Shown here: positions 17,903 through 27,131 of the stretch, one piece after another
Layout of the letters: every line of letters starts with the position of its first letter
How positions within the stretch are numbered: position 1 is the stretch's first letter
DNA from: Tannockella kyphosi
Lineage (GTDB): Bacteria; Bacillota_I; Bacilli_A; Erysipelotrichales; Coprobacillaceae
Reading direction: 5' to 3'
NCBI RefSeq assembly: GCF_021054785.1
Contig: NZ_CP088239.1
Coordinates: forward strand, 1,230,001 to 1,262,000
DNA length: 32,000 bases
The notes under the pieces: generated by a model
Seen by the model: the letters and a program-made list of their open reading frames with translations, nothing else
Told to the model about the DNA's origin: nothing
Databases searched by the model: none
Translations under genes and position numbers: made by a program

Positions 17903-19351
17903 ATGAATGATGATACTCTCACTATGTCCATTTGCCGTGATGACATCTTACAGTTATTTAATTTAGAAGCAAAACGTATTGATACCTTTGAAATACGTCC
18001 TACTTTGTTTAATGAATTAGAAATTCATGTAAAACTAAGCCGATGTTATCAAACATGTCCATGTTGTCATAATAAGACCAATACTGTAAAAGACTATGTT
18101 CCTAAAAAGATTACACATTCCTTACTTCATTCTAAACCAACTTATATCTTCTATAACGCTAGAAGATATCGTTGTAAAATATGTGGAAAATCATTCTATG
18201 AAGAAAATCCATTCACTCATGAAAAAGCAAGAATTTCTGCCTTGACCGTATATAATGTCATTGAGGAATTCAAAAGTCCTAGAGCTACTTTTAGTGATGT
18301 TGCTGCACGTTATCATATTTCTACTACCTCCGTAATCAATCTGTTTGATCAACATGTTTCTGTATCTAGAAAAACTCTTCCTAGATACTTGTGCCTGGAC
18401 GAAAATTATGCGTTCAAATATGACAAGAGTAACTACTGTTTTGTCCTCGTTGATTTACTAACCAAGGATGTTGTTGATATATTACCTTCACGTAAAAAGT
18501 TAGATCTATTACGTTACTTTGAAGCTATCCCTTTAGAGGAAAGAGAAGGTGTTGAACTCGTTGTTTCTGACTGTTGGAAAACATATCGTGATGTAGCTAA
18601 AAAGATGTTACCCAATAGTAAGTTTGTAGTAGATAAGTATCATATTCTAGCTGATCTTACAAAACGTGTAGACCGTATACGTATTGATGTCATGAATGAA
18701 AACTATGTAAAGATTAGTGCAAAAGAATTAGATGCACTACCTCCTGATAAGAAAGCAGAAATCATTCAAAAGAAACATACATACTATGTATTAAAGAAAT
18801 TCAATTGGTTAATCCATACCAATCATAAGAAAAAGAAAAAAAGAGAAAATGGAAAGATAATTGAATACTATGCTTTAGACCCTAATAATGAAAAGAAATA
18901 TAACTATGCATTAAGTAAGTTCCTTAACTTTTATGATTTATATGACCTTGTCTATCATTGTGATCCTAGATTAACAGAAGCAGTAGAACTAAAGGAATCT
19001 CTGGTTCGATTTTATAAGCAATCAACCTATAAGAATGCAAAACATAATCTAGATGAAGTGATTAAAGAATTTGAAGAAAGTACCCTCCCGGACATGAGAA
19101 AATATGCTTCTACATTAAAAGAATGGAAGAAAGGAATCATCCATTCATTTATACCTATAGATTCCCCTGTTCCTAGAACTGCAACCAATGCGATTATAGA
19201 AAATAGAAATAAACTAATCAAAGATATTAAACGTGGTGGTAACGGATTCCGTTGTTGGCCAAGATTCCGTAATCGTATACTCTTTGCCCTAAATAGCGAA
19301 AGCACCATGCATCTCAATCCAATAAAAAAAGAGAAACAACAAGATACCTAG
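17903..19351 (+). CDS. ISL3-family transposase
   Basis: 482 aa. N-terminal zinc finger CPCCHNKT...CKICGKSF (zf-ISL3). DDE core LCLDENYAF...VVSDCWKTYRDVA...VDKYHI. C-terminal TNAIIENRNKLIKDIKRGGNGFRCWPRFRNRILF matches the ISL3 signature TN-x-(I/V)EG-x-N-x-(I/L)K-x-(I/L)KR-x-x-(Y/F)G(F/Y)R-x-(F/W). Confidence 0.9.
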   Translation: MNDDTLTMSICRDDILQLFNLEAKRIDTFEIRPTLFNELEIHVKLSRCYQTCPCCHNKTNTVKDYVPKKITHSLLHSKPTYIFYNARRYRCKICGKSFYEENPFTHEKARISALTVYNVIEEFKSPRATFSDVAARYHISTTSVINLFDQHVSVSRKTLPRYLCLDENYAFKYDKSNYCFVLVDLLTKDVVDILPSRKKLDLLRYFEAIPLEEREGVELVVSDCWKTYRDVAKKMLPNSKFVVDKYHILADLTKRVDRIRIDVMNENYVKISAKELDALPPDKKAEIIQKKHTYYVLKKFNWLIHTNHKKKKKRENGKIIEYYALDPNNEKKYNYALSKFLNFYDLYDLVYHCDPRLTEAVELKESLVRFYKQSTYKNAKHNLDEVIKEFEESTLPDMRKYASTLKEWKKGIIHSFIPIDSPVPRTATNAIIENRNKLIKDIKRGGNGFRCWPRFRNRILFALNSESTMHLNPIKKEKQQDT

Positions 19352-19483
19352 TATCATTGTCATTTCCCTAAAACATAAGTTTTAAAACACTCTTCTTAGT
19401 CCTATAAACTTTGGGGTTTTGATAAAACCCCAAGTTATCTTATAGCCAAATAAGTACTATACCCCAGAACTATTTATAGTGCC

Positions 19484-19633
19484 CTTTTTATTTACTATTG
19501 TTATTCGAATTTGGAAAAAGACACTTGTTTCTTAACGATTTTTGTTTAAGTTTCTTATCCTGCATGATTACTATTATCTTTATTCTATATGATATTCTGA
19601 CTTACTGATGTAATGTTGCCATATTGTTGCCAA
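19484..19633. repeat. 150 bp direct repeat, copy A (left boundary of the 11 kb cassette)
   Basis: Aligns without gaps to 30667-30816 with 5 mismatches counted by eye. It lies 9 nt downstream of the TIGR04141-like gene stop. Confidence 0.95.
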
Positions 19634-19642
19634 GCATAATTA

Positions 19643-21270
19643 CTACTTTCTATAATTAATATAAATAATTGGTTTTAATCCAGCCAACCTAACTTCTTTT
19701 TTCCAACCATCAATTTTATTTTTTAATAAAAGCATATCAAGTTCATTGATATTTGGAACTCCATCTTCAAGTATAGGTAATTCACCTCTATCTAATATAA
19801 TCCATATACAAACTGTGTCTATTTCAGGCATATGTGTAAGTGTTTTATGTTGATACATCTTTAAAGAAGATAATGATTGATCCACAACATAACACAAATG
19901 AGCCGATGCCTTTCCTATTTTAACTGCAAACATCGTTTTGTCTTTATACAAATCCATAAGTTCTATACTAGATGTTCCATATCGTTGCTCAATTCTATCA
20001 TAATTCTTGAACCCATTGTCACGTTCTCGTATTAAATTGAATGTTCGCTCAGCATAAAATTTACGCATCAGCTTTTGTTTTGCTTTGCTTTTAGACAAAC
20101 CAATATAATCAGCAGAATCTTTATACTCTAAATATCTTGAATTAATATAATCATCATGTATGGAAGATGAAAAATCAAACTCTGGATTATAAATTACATC
20201 AATCTCAGCTAATGATGATTTAAGATATTCTAAGTAATCATCATTGAAATGATACCATTTACCCCTCGATAAAACACAACGCTCATCCTCGTCCATATAA
20301 TCAATTATGTTAATTAGCTTATCTGTTTTTACAGAGTTGCTCATATAATAACTAATAATATTAACTTTTTCAAAAGCACTTGCTAGGTCCAACTCACAAT
20401 TTTGAGCAAATTTTTTGAAGTCATCAAAAGTAATATTGTCTACACTCATCTCGTTTTGACCTCGCTTTAGAGTAAATTTGTAATCTGTATTATTAAATAT
20501 CTCCGTTGTTCCGATTATATCAAATTCTGAAAAAGCTACATTTAACTCGTCTTCAGTTGCGCATTTAATTAATTTAGAATATAACAAATCTATATATTCT
20601 TTATCTGTCACTTTGCAAAAAACTGGTATTTTATAAATATCAGCTTTGTTTATAATAATATTTTCAACAAATGATATGGTATCAACTATATTATCTAATT
20701 TATCTTCTTTCAGATTAAATTTAATAGAATGTCCAAGTTCTATATTAGGATCAAACAAAGCAAATTTTTTAGGAATATCTAATTTACCTTTTATTTTAGA
20801 AAACGCTTCTCCACTATTAAATTCTAATTCTGAATAATCAATATATGTGTTTACTGTTTTATTTCTCTTAGATGTAGGCGCTATTAGCGTGTTGTTTTAA
20901 TTTCTTTAAACTTATGTTTTCTAGCAAAACCAAAAGCAAAATCTGTATCACAGTATTTGTCTACTGTAAAAAATGAAAATCCAAATGTACAGGCATATAT
21001 GACATCTTTACTTTGTAACACTAGTACACTTTTAGGATTAGAACGATTAGTGTAATCTTCTTCACCAAAAGCATTTAACAACCATTGCCATTCCACTAAA
21101 TTGTCTTTTTGTTCAAAACTAATATATAACGAAAGAATATATGTTACACTTCCTGTCCCTATATTTCTTGAAATCGTCAGTTCATCTGATGGTGCATATT
21201 TGCTTTCCAATTCTTCTAAAAAGTCTTCCATTTTCAATTTATCAATTTTATATAAATTAAGTTGTCCCAT
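19643..21270 (-). pseudogene. frameshifted TIGR04141/DUF6119-like gene (sporadically distributed family), split into 128 aa and about 413 aa frames
   Basis: ORF 20884-21270 (MGQLNLYKI...VIYACTFGFSFFTVDKYCDTDFAFGFARK...) looks like the N-terminus of the family. The frame of ORF 19643-20758 is actually open up to 20896, so it overlaps the end of the first ORF in another frame. One indel near the A4 run at 20895-20898 would fuse them into about 540 aa. The C-terminal block ELMDLYKDKTMFAVKIGKASAHLCYVVDQSLSSL resembles the conserved core of that family as I remember it. Confidence 0.55.
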
Positions 21271-21353
21271 ATAACCTCCTGTAAAATTTATTAAACTTTA
21301 AAGATCACCCCTGTCACGTTATCTGACTTAGAGCTATTTCTCTTCCACAAAAC

Positions 21354-21381
21354 AAAACACAAACAGTTTTGTTTGTGTTTT
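21354..21381 (-). terminator. rho-independent terminator of the Fic/type I R-M operon
   Basis: Perfect 11 bp stem AAAACACAAAC (21354-21364) / GTTTGTGTTTT (21371-21381), 30 nt downstream of the hsdR stop. A T-rich tail follows on the minus strand. Confidence 0.75.
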
Positions 21382-21410
21382 ACGCCTTAGTGTAACTGTC
21401 ACATACTAAT

Positions 21411-24400
21411 TTAAGCTGCTACATTCGCATTAATACTATTAATTACATTCCTTATTCCCATCCAAATTTGCTGATCAGTAAAAACTTCAACAATACTTCC
21501 ACGATCTGTAAATGGAGATTCTTGTAGTACTGATAAGTCCTTCAACATACCATTATGAACGATATATTCTATGATTTGATTCACAAAATAGATTTGTCTA
21601 GCATCAAGATTTGTATTGTCCAAAAAATCCCCAAAAGCTTCTTTTGCACTATTCATGTCTAATCCCACTATTTCACGAACAAATTCCCCTAGTGGCTTTT
21701 CTCCATATTCAGCTATGTAATCATCTTTTGATCCAACTTCATTCCAAAGTATTGTTTCTAGTTCGTTAACATCCTTTTTTGTAAGAGATTGATTTGTTTT
21801 CAATTTAGCTATTGCATCATTTGTCTCGTTATTTCTAATGTAATATTCAGCTTTTGCACGATAGTTTTGCATTTCACCATATTCTATCTCTGATTCTCTA
21901 ACTACCATTGTTAATATATCATCTGTAAAATTAGTTTGATATTTAATTGACGTTTTAGGAATGTATTTCATAAGGTAACGTAGATTCTCACGTATATGCT
22001 CAAATTCATTTATCCCTGCATCTTCAATATAGTCTGTATTGAGAATCTTATCAATTAATTCTGATTGTGCTTTTATTTCTGGTATATTTGCAACACTTGC
22101 AACAGATTTCACTTTCTTATACAAATCACTTCGAGCCTTCCCGTGTGTTTTTCCTACTAGATAGGCTAATTCTAATCCATATACTAATGCATCAAATCGC
22201 AGTGCAGATGCCTCATCTATATCTGGAATAATTAATGGTGCTATATGTTCTTTAATAAGTAGTGTATCTTCATAAGTTAAAGCATTATACATATTTTCTA
22301 AACTATATTTTTTAACATATCGTAAATGTTGTTTTACAATAAAATTGGTAACATCAAGTTCTTTTACTTTATTTAAAATTTCATCTACTAATGATTTTCT
22401 AAATGCAGAAAGTTCTTCTGTTTGATATGCGATATCTTGTAATTTAAAAGCAATCTGAGTTTTTAAATCTAGTATTGCTCCCTGCAGTGCCAACATATTT
22501 GCGGTAGCTCTACCTTTATTCATTCTAAAAAATTCAAAATTTCCACAAAAATCAAAGATATAAAATTTCTCTTTATCCTCTCCATCTAATAGTGTTGGAC
22601 AAAGTCTAGTCCCCCTACCAATCATCTGCCAAAATTTTGCCTTACTCATTACTTTCTTGAAAAACACTAGGTTCAATACTTCAGGAATATCAATCCCAGT
22701 ATCAAGCATATCAACAGATATTGCTATTTGTGGTAACTTATTTGGTTCTGAGAATTCATCAATAGCAGACTGTGCGTAGGTCATGTAATTATCAATTACT
22801 TTCGCATAGCCGTTTAAATATGGATATTCTTTATTAAATACCTCATATATCTTTTCTGCATGATCATGATTTTTAGCAAAAATTATACTTTTACCAATTT
22901 TCTTTCCATATTCTATGTGTATGCCCTCACTCATTAATACATGGAGCACTTTTTTTATAGTATCTTCATTAAAAATCCACTTATTTAATGCTGAAGAATT
23001 TATTTTTTCAGGAATATTTCCTTGTTCATCTTCAAAAGTGTTTTCATATTCTTCTTTTTCTTCTTCTGTTAAGTCATCATAATTTATACCTTGTTCTAAA
23101 AATTTCAAGGTCGTCTCTACGGATAAAAAATCCACTAAGTATCCATCTTTAACAGCTTGTGCTAGTTCATATCCGTAAGTAGGATTCCCATTTTCAAGTT
23201 CAAATATTTCATATGTGTTTTTATCTATTTCATCCTTTGGTGTAGCGGTTAATCCTACTAAAGGTGCATCAAAATAGGTAAAAATATCTTTATACTTGTT
23301 GTAAATAGACCTATGAGCCTCATCACAGATAATCAAATCAAAATGTCCACTTGTAAATAGTTTTCCTTCTTCATCAAATGTATTATCTATCACGTTTATC
23401 ATAGTTTGATATGTAGAGAAAATGCAATTTGCATTGTAACCTCCCTTATCTTCGCATAAATTAGAAATAGATAAATTCGGTAATAGATTCACAAAACTTC
23501 TTTTTGCTTGTGTAACAAGAGAATTTCTATCTGCCAAGAAAAGAATATTCTTCACCCATCCATAATTCAGTAGAACATCAGACAAAGCAATGACTGTCCT
23601 TGTTTTCCCACTCCCTGTTGCCATGACAAGTAGTGATTTTCTTTTGTTTTTTTCATCGAAATGATGACAAACAGCCTTAATAGCACCAACTTGGTAGTAT
23701 CTTCCTGCAATATTTCTATTTACATCAATATAATAAAGTGGGCTCTTCATCCTTCTAAGATTAAATAATTTTTCTAAATCTCTCTTAGAATAAATATTTG
23801 CACAGTTTCTTTCTGGATACTGACCATCTATAATCTTTGTGTCAAATCCATTCGTTAAAAATATTACTGGTCTTCTACCATATTCTTTTTCTATGCAGTC
23901 AGCGTATAGTTTTGCTTGTTGTCTCCCTTTTACAACATCAACACATGTACGTTTAGCTTCTATTACTGCAAGAGGAATCTGCTTATCATCATAAAGTACG
24001 TAATCACAAAATCCCTCTTCTTTTTTATTAGGCATACCTTCTACACGAACTTCGTTTAACCAGTTTTTACCTTCTACCCAGTTTGCATCACGAAGTGTGC
24101 TATCTATATAGATCTTTCGTGTTTGGTATTCAGATAAATCAAGAGGTTTTGGAATATATGATTTGCTTTGTTCTTCTCGTCTTTGCGTTAGTTCTTCTTT
24201 TAATTTCTTGTTTTCTTCAATTAAACTTTCAAAATCGATATCGTGGCAAGCTTCTTTGATGGGAACCACAATTTCTTTTTCAAGCAAACTTGTATCATAG
24301 CTATTTTCAACATAACCTGTCCCATAGCAGTAAGCAACAAAATCTAAAAAGAGAAATAGATTTTCAAGGCATAACATAACTTCTTCTTTTTTCACTTTTT

Positions 24401-24698
24401 TAGTTGTATGAACAGCATTATTTCCAATTTTCCTTACAAGATGCATTCTAGTTAAAAGCTCATTATCCACAATCTCTCTAAAATCCTCATTTGACATAAG
24501 GGAAATAAGATTATTATCATGAGGCATGACAAGACTACTATCAACGGAGTACATCCATTTAATAGCAAATTCCATAGCTTTACGGCAATTTATAGCAGAA
24601 CTCTCTATATCAATGTTAATAAACTTTTCAGCATTAACAGCAACCGATGAGAATGTATTAAATTGTTCCTCTTTTAATAAAAAATCAAAATTAGTCAT
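21411..24698 (-). CDS. hsdR: type I restriction endonuclease subunit R with N-terminal DUF4145 (HEPN-like) domain
   Basis: The start is placed at MTNFDFLL (ATG 24698-24696, preceded by GAGGGGTGGA). The N-terminal domain has RKIGNNAVH. PD-(D/E)xK: CDYVLYDD...AVIEAKR. Helicase motifs VMATGSGKT, ICDEAHRS, GLTATP, QMIGRGTR. The tail is EcoEI_R_C-like. Confidence 0.9.
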   Translation of the reverse strand: MTNFDFLLKEEQFNTFSSVAVNAEKFINIDIESSAINCRKAMEFAIKWMYSVDSSLVMPHDNNLISLMSNEDFREIVDNELLTRMHLVRKIGNNAVHTTKKVKKEEVMLCLENLFLFLDFVAYCYGTGYVENSYDTSLLEKEIVVPIKEACHDIDFESLIEENKKLKEELTQRREEQSKSYIPKPLDLSEYQTRKIYIDSTLRDANWVEGKNWLNEVRVEGMPNKKEEGFCDYVLYDDKQIPLAVIEAKRTCVDVVKGRQQAKLYADCIEKEYGRRPVIFLTNGFDTKIIDGQYPERNCANIYSKRDLEKLFNLRRMKSPLYYIDVNRNIAGRYYQVGAIKAVCHHFDEKNKRKSLLVMATGSGKTRTVIALSDVLLNYGWVKNILFLADRNSLVTQAKRSFVNLLPNLSISNLCEDKGGYNANCIFSTYQTMINVIDNTFDEEGKLFTSGHFDLIICDEAHRSIYNKYKDIFTYFDAPLVGLTATPKDEIDKNTYEIFELENGNPTYGYELAQAVKDGYLVDFLSVETTLKFLEQGINYDDLTEEEKEEYENTFEDEQGNIPEKINSSALNKWIFNEDTIKKVLHVLMSEGIHIEYGKKIGKSIIFAKNHDHAEKIYEVFNKEYPYLNGYAKVIDNYMTYAQSAIDEFSEPNKLPQIAISVDMLDTGIDIPEVLNLVFFKKVMSKAKFWQMIGRGTRLCPTLLDGEDKEKFYIFDFCGNFEFFRMNKGRATANMLALQGAILDLKTQIAFKLQDIAYQTEELSAFRKSLVDEILNKVKELDVTNFIVKQHLRYVKKYSLENMYNALTYEDTLLIKEHIAPLIIPDIDEASALRFDALVYGLELAYLVGKTHGKARSDLYKKVKSVASVANIPEIKAQSELIDKILNTDYIEDAGINEFEHIRENLRYLMKYIPKTSIKYQTNFTDDILTMVVRESEIEYGEMQNYRAKAEYYIRNNETNDAIAKLKTNQSLTKKDVNELETILWNEVGSKDDYIAEYGEKPLGEFVREIVGLDMNSAKEAFGDFLDNTNLDARQIYFVNQIIEYIVHNGMLKDLSVLQESPFTDRGSIVEVFTDQQIWMGIRNVINSINANVAA

Positions 24699-24715
24699 AA
24701 TATCCACCCCTCTAT

Positions 24716-25462
24716 CTATCTTAATAATCTCTCTGCTTTTTCCATCCCTAAAGGAGAAATGTAGCACTTATCTAAAGAGTATTCAATTAGTCTATTCTTG
24801 TGTAAATCCCAAAGTTGTTTTTTAAATGTTGTTGAATTACTATATTCAATTGATGATTGCAATTCCTCTGCAGTTTGTGAGTCTTTGATATATAAAAGAC
24901 ATAAAACTTTATCTTTGGTGCTCATCTTTGCATCTAAAATTCTTAAGGTACTTCCTGTATCCCAAACAATGGAAGTTTCCTTACACATGATGCCATTTAT
25001 TATTTCTTCTGTCTCTTCAAACGTTTTAGTTGAAACTAATCTATAAAACTCTGCCAAAACCCATTTAGCATTGTATAGTAGCAAAGATGCATCCATCTTA
25101 TTAGGGTCTATATGATTTTTATGAATCATTCCTCTCTTGTTTCTAATACAATACATGCTATAAAGAACTCTTGGTATTATTATTCTATATTCTTCTTGTT
25201 TTGATGGTACATTTTCATAGATAATTAAAGCTTTTTCATTAAAAATCGATAATTTATCTGTTAATGATGTAAATTCACCGTGCAACTGATATTCTATCAA
25301 GCGTCTTGAAGTTTCAATAAACTGCCCCATTTCGTTGCCTGTATATTGCCAATTGCACTTTTTAAATTCAATTAAAGCATTTTCATAACTTGTTAACAAG
25401 TACAGTACTAACTCTTCTGGATAAACCGTTTTCAGCACTTGTTCAACGCTATTTATTTGCAC
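24716..25462 (-). CDS. uncharacterised protein embedded in the R-M operon: HEPN-like helical domain (Rx6H) plus C-terminal winged helix
   Basis: 248 aa. It overlaps the upstream ORF by 14 nt and ends 17 nt before hsdR. The motif YCIRNKRGMIHKNHIDP fits the HEPN Rx4-6H pattern inside a predicted all-helical region. The C-terminal KDKVLCLLYIKDSQTAEELQSSIEYSNSTTFKKQLWDLHKNRLIEY...ISPLGMEKAERLL looks like a MarR-type wHTH. Confidence 0.5.
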   Translation of the reverse strand: MQINSVEQVLKTVYPEELVLYLLTSYENALIEFKKCNWQYTGNEMGQFIETSRRLIEYQLHGEFTSLTDKLSIFNEKALIIYENVPSKQEEYRIIIPRVLYSMYCIRNKRGMIHKNHIDPNKMDASLLLYNAKWVLAEFYRLVSTKTFEETEEIINGIMCKETSIVWDTGSTLRILDAKMSTKDKVLCLLYIKDSQTAEELQSSIEYSNSTTFKKQLWDLHKNRLIEYSLDKCYISPLGMEKAERLLR

Positions 25463-26018
25463 TTAGCATTTCCTCTAACAAATTGACAGCCGCTTCCTCA
25501 CCAGGTTGAGTTAACTCTATTGTCCATTTTCTTCCCTGTCCTTTTTTAATTATGTTAGTTTTCTCTTTATTGAAAATAGCTGCAAAATTGGAAGAATCAT
25601 AACAATTATGTTTTTCACACAAAGAGATAATCTCCTTCCCTTCGATTTTTATTTTTCTTATATGTAGCACAATCAACGCAATATTTTTAATCTTTGTGGC
25701 ATCATTATTTCCTGGTATTTTTTTCAGTATAGATATACTACCATCTTCACTATCAATGTGATATATCCCTCCTTCTATATATTTATCACTCATGTTTAAT
25801 ACTGGTGTGATTTTTTGCTCTATAGCTGAGTTTTCACAGTCAGAATTCATCTTTATTTGATTTTCATGTGGTTGAGTCAGCTGCACAATACTACTGTTTT
25901 TCTCAACAAATGAAAATACATCACCCATGTTTTTCTCAACAAAAATTTCTGAGCCTTGTATACTAAAACTACCTTGTGATAAATTAATTGTAATACTTGC
26001 ATTTTTAATTTCTTCCAT
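25449..26018 (-). CDS. uncharacterised small protein embedded in the R-M operon
   Basis: 189 aa. It starts 15 nt after the hsdS stop. No recognisable catalytic motif. The C-terminal part (EIISLCEKHNCYDSSNFAAIFNKEKTNIIKKGQGRKWTIELTQPGEEAAVNLL) has a wHTH-like pattern. Confidence 0.5.
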   Translation of the reverse strand: MEEIKNASITINLSQGSFSIQGSEIFVEKNMGDVFSFVEKNSSIVQLTQPHENQIKMNSDCENSAIEQKITPVLNMSDKYIEGGIYHIDSEDGSISILKKIPGNNDATKIKNIALIVLHIRKIKIEGKEIISLCEKHNCYDSSNFAAIFNKEKTNIIKKGQGRKWTIELTQPGEEAAVNLLEEMLSANK

Positions 26019-26033
26019 GTTTAATTTTCCTTT

Positions 26034-27131
26034 CTATTCAAAATAATATTGCATACGTTCTTTTTTTAGCATTTCTAAGTTTTCAAGACTTTTTGACACC
26101 TCTTCTTTTAATTCCACAGTCTTTGCCACATACGTGGTAAATAGGTTTTGAAGTTTAAGTGGTGGCACAATAACTTCCAGTTCCTTCAATATTTCTAGAT
26201 TTATATTTTTTTGTGCTGACTCTGGTGCTTTAGTTTCTAATATTTCTTGAAAAAAAGAAAACCAATAATGAATAAATATTTCACCAGTTTTTTCGCCCGC
26301 TTCAAACCCCACAATACTATCTGGAAAACAAGCATCAAATTTTATAATTGCTGTTTTCGCAATGTTCGCAGCTACCGTTATGCATAATGTACCTTCATTC
26401 CACATTTTACTTTGCTTTACCCCTAATTCAGAATAAGTTTTCGTATATCGACTAACATACAATTTAGCATTAGCTACTTCCCCTGTTTGTATTAATGGAT
26501 AAGCACCGTTTAGTAATTGTGGATCATTTCGTGGTCGCTGCTTTGATACACCTCTATTCAATTCTCCTAAATCACCTAAATTATTAATTTCCCATCTCTT
26601 AGGATTCATTACAGGATCTCCAAACATCTCGATAAATCGAGATTTTACTAATACATCTAATTTTTCTAACTGCTCTTTTCGCTTTTCAATTAGCCCCGTA
26701 ATCTTATCAAGTTCATCTGCAATTTGCTTTTGAACTTTTATCGGTGGTAGCCATACATTTTCATTTCTATAATCCTTAAAATATATATGTGGTATTGTCG
26801 CTCCCGAAAAATATTTAGATAAATTCATTTTAAGTATGGCATAAAACAAATATCGAATATCTATATTATCATTAGGAAAAATATATTGCATTGTTCCTAT
26901 AACAGACGATTTTTCAGGCAATATCATTGTACGACCAACCCCTGCGCCATCTTTCACTATTGCTATGTAAGGTTTGCTTTGCTTGTAAAATTCTACTGTT
27001 TTAATAAGTCCGCCCGCACCATAAATCGGATATTCACCATTGCTATTTTCCAAATCTTTCTTTGCAATATTAGAACCTCCTTTAGTACAAACATCTCCTA
27101 ACTTCACCATCTGCCATTTTTCACTACTCAT
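26034..27131 (-). CDS. hsdS: type I R-M specificity subunit S (two target-recognition domains)
   Basis: 365 aa. It overlaps the hsdM stop by 8 nt. Two variable halves are separated by the conserved helices LEKLDVLVKSRFIEMFGDP and LENLEMLKKERMQYYF. Confidence 0.85.
   Translation of the reverse strand: MSSEKWQMVKLGDVCTKGGSNIAKKDLENSNGEYPIYGAGGLIKTVEFYKQSKPYIAIVKDGAGVGRTMILPEKSSVIGTMQYIFPNDNIDIRYLFYAILKMNLSKYFSGATIPHIYFKDYRNENVWLPPIKVQKQIADELDKITGLIEKRKEQLEKLDVLVKSRFIEMFGDPVMNPKRWEINNLGDLGELNRGVSKQRPRNDPQLLNGAYPLIQTGEVANAKLYVSRYTKTYSELGVKQSKMWNEGTLCITVAANIAKTAIIKFDACFPDSIVGFEAGEKTGEIFIHYWFSFFQEILETKAPESAQKNINLEILKELEVIVPPLKLQNLFTTYVAKTVELKEEVSKSLENLEMLKKERMQYYFE

Larger units (their letters stand above)
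17000..19483 (+). mobile_element. ISL3-family insertion sequence (about 2.48 kb) with two ORFs
   Basis: The ends GGTAGCTTAAATTAACTTGGGGTTT (17000-) and the reverse complement of the right end GGCACTATAAATAGTTCTGGGGTAT (-19483) form an imperfect IR, with 15 of 25 positions matching by eye. It is flanked by the direct duplication CTTTTTAT (16992-16999 and 19484-19491), which fits the 8 bp TSD of ISL3. Subterminal AACTTGGGGTTTT motifs lie at 17013-17025, 17041-17053 and 17069-17082 (degenerate), and inverted at 19424-19436. Confidence 0.8.

Noticed and set aside
17840-17905. 21 aa ORF (MMKLSNKAAISYDLSWGGDRL) overlapping the transposase start
   Set aside because: It is too short, with no support beyond an upstream GGAG. 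It may be leader sequence of the transposase gene.
19484-19633. Small peptides encoded in the 150 bp repeat (for example MATLHQ, or MLGNNMATLHQ in copy A versus MFLATIWQHYISNSEYHIE in copy B)
   Set aside because: The frames and lengths differ between the two copies because of the flanking sequence, so a conserved coding function is unlikely.
24699-24767. N-terminal extension of hsdR (MLHFSFRDGKSREIIKIDRGVDI) given by the ORF track
   Set aside because: The extension overlaps the end of orf248 by 52 nt and lacks an RBS. The internal ATG at 24698 has a strong GAGGGGTGGA Shine-Dalgarno sequence and begins the conserved DUF4145-type N-terminus.
26034-27131. Phase-variable hsdS shufflon
   Set aside because: There is only one hsdS copy in the window. 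There are no inverted hsdS fragments, no recombinase gene, and no long inverted repeats around it.
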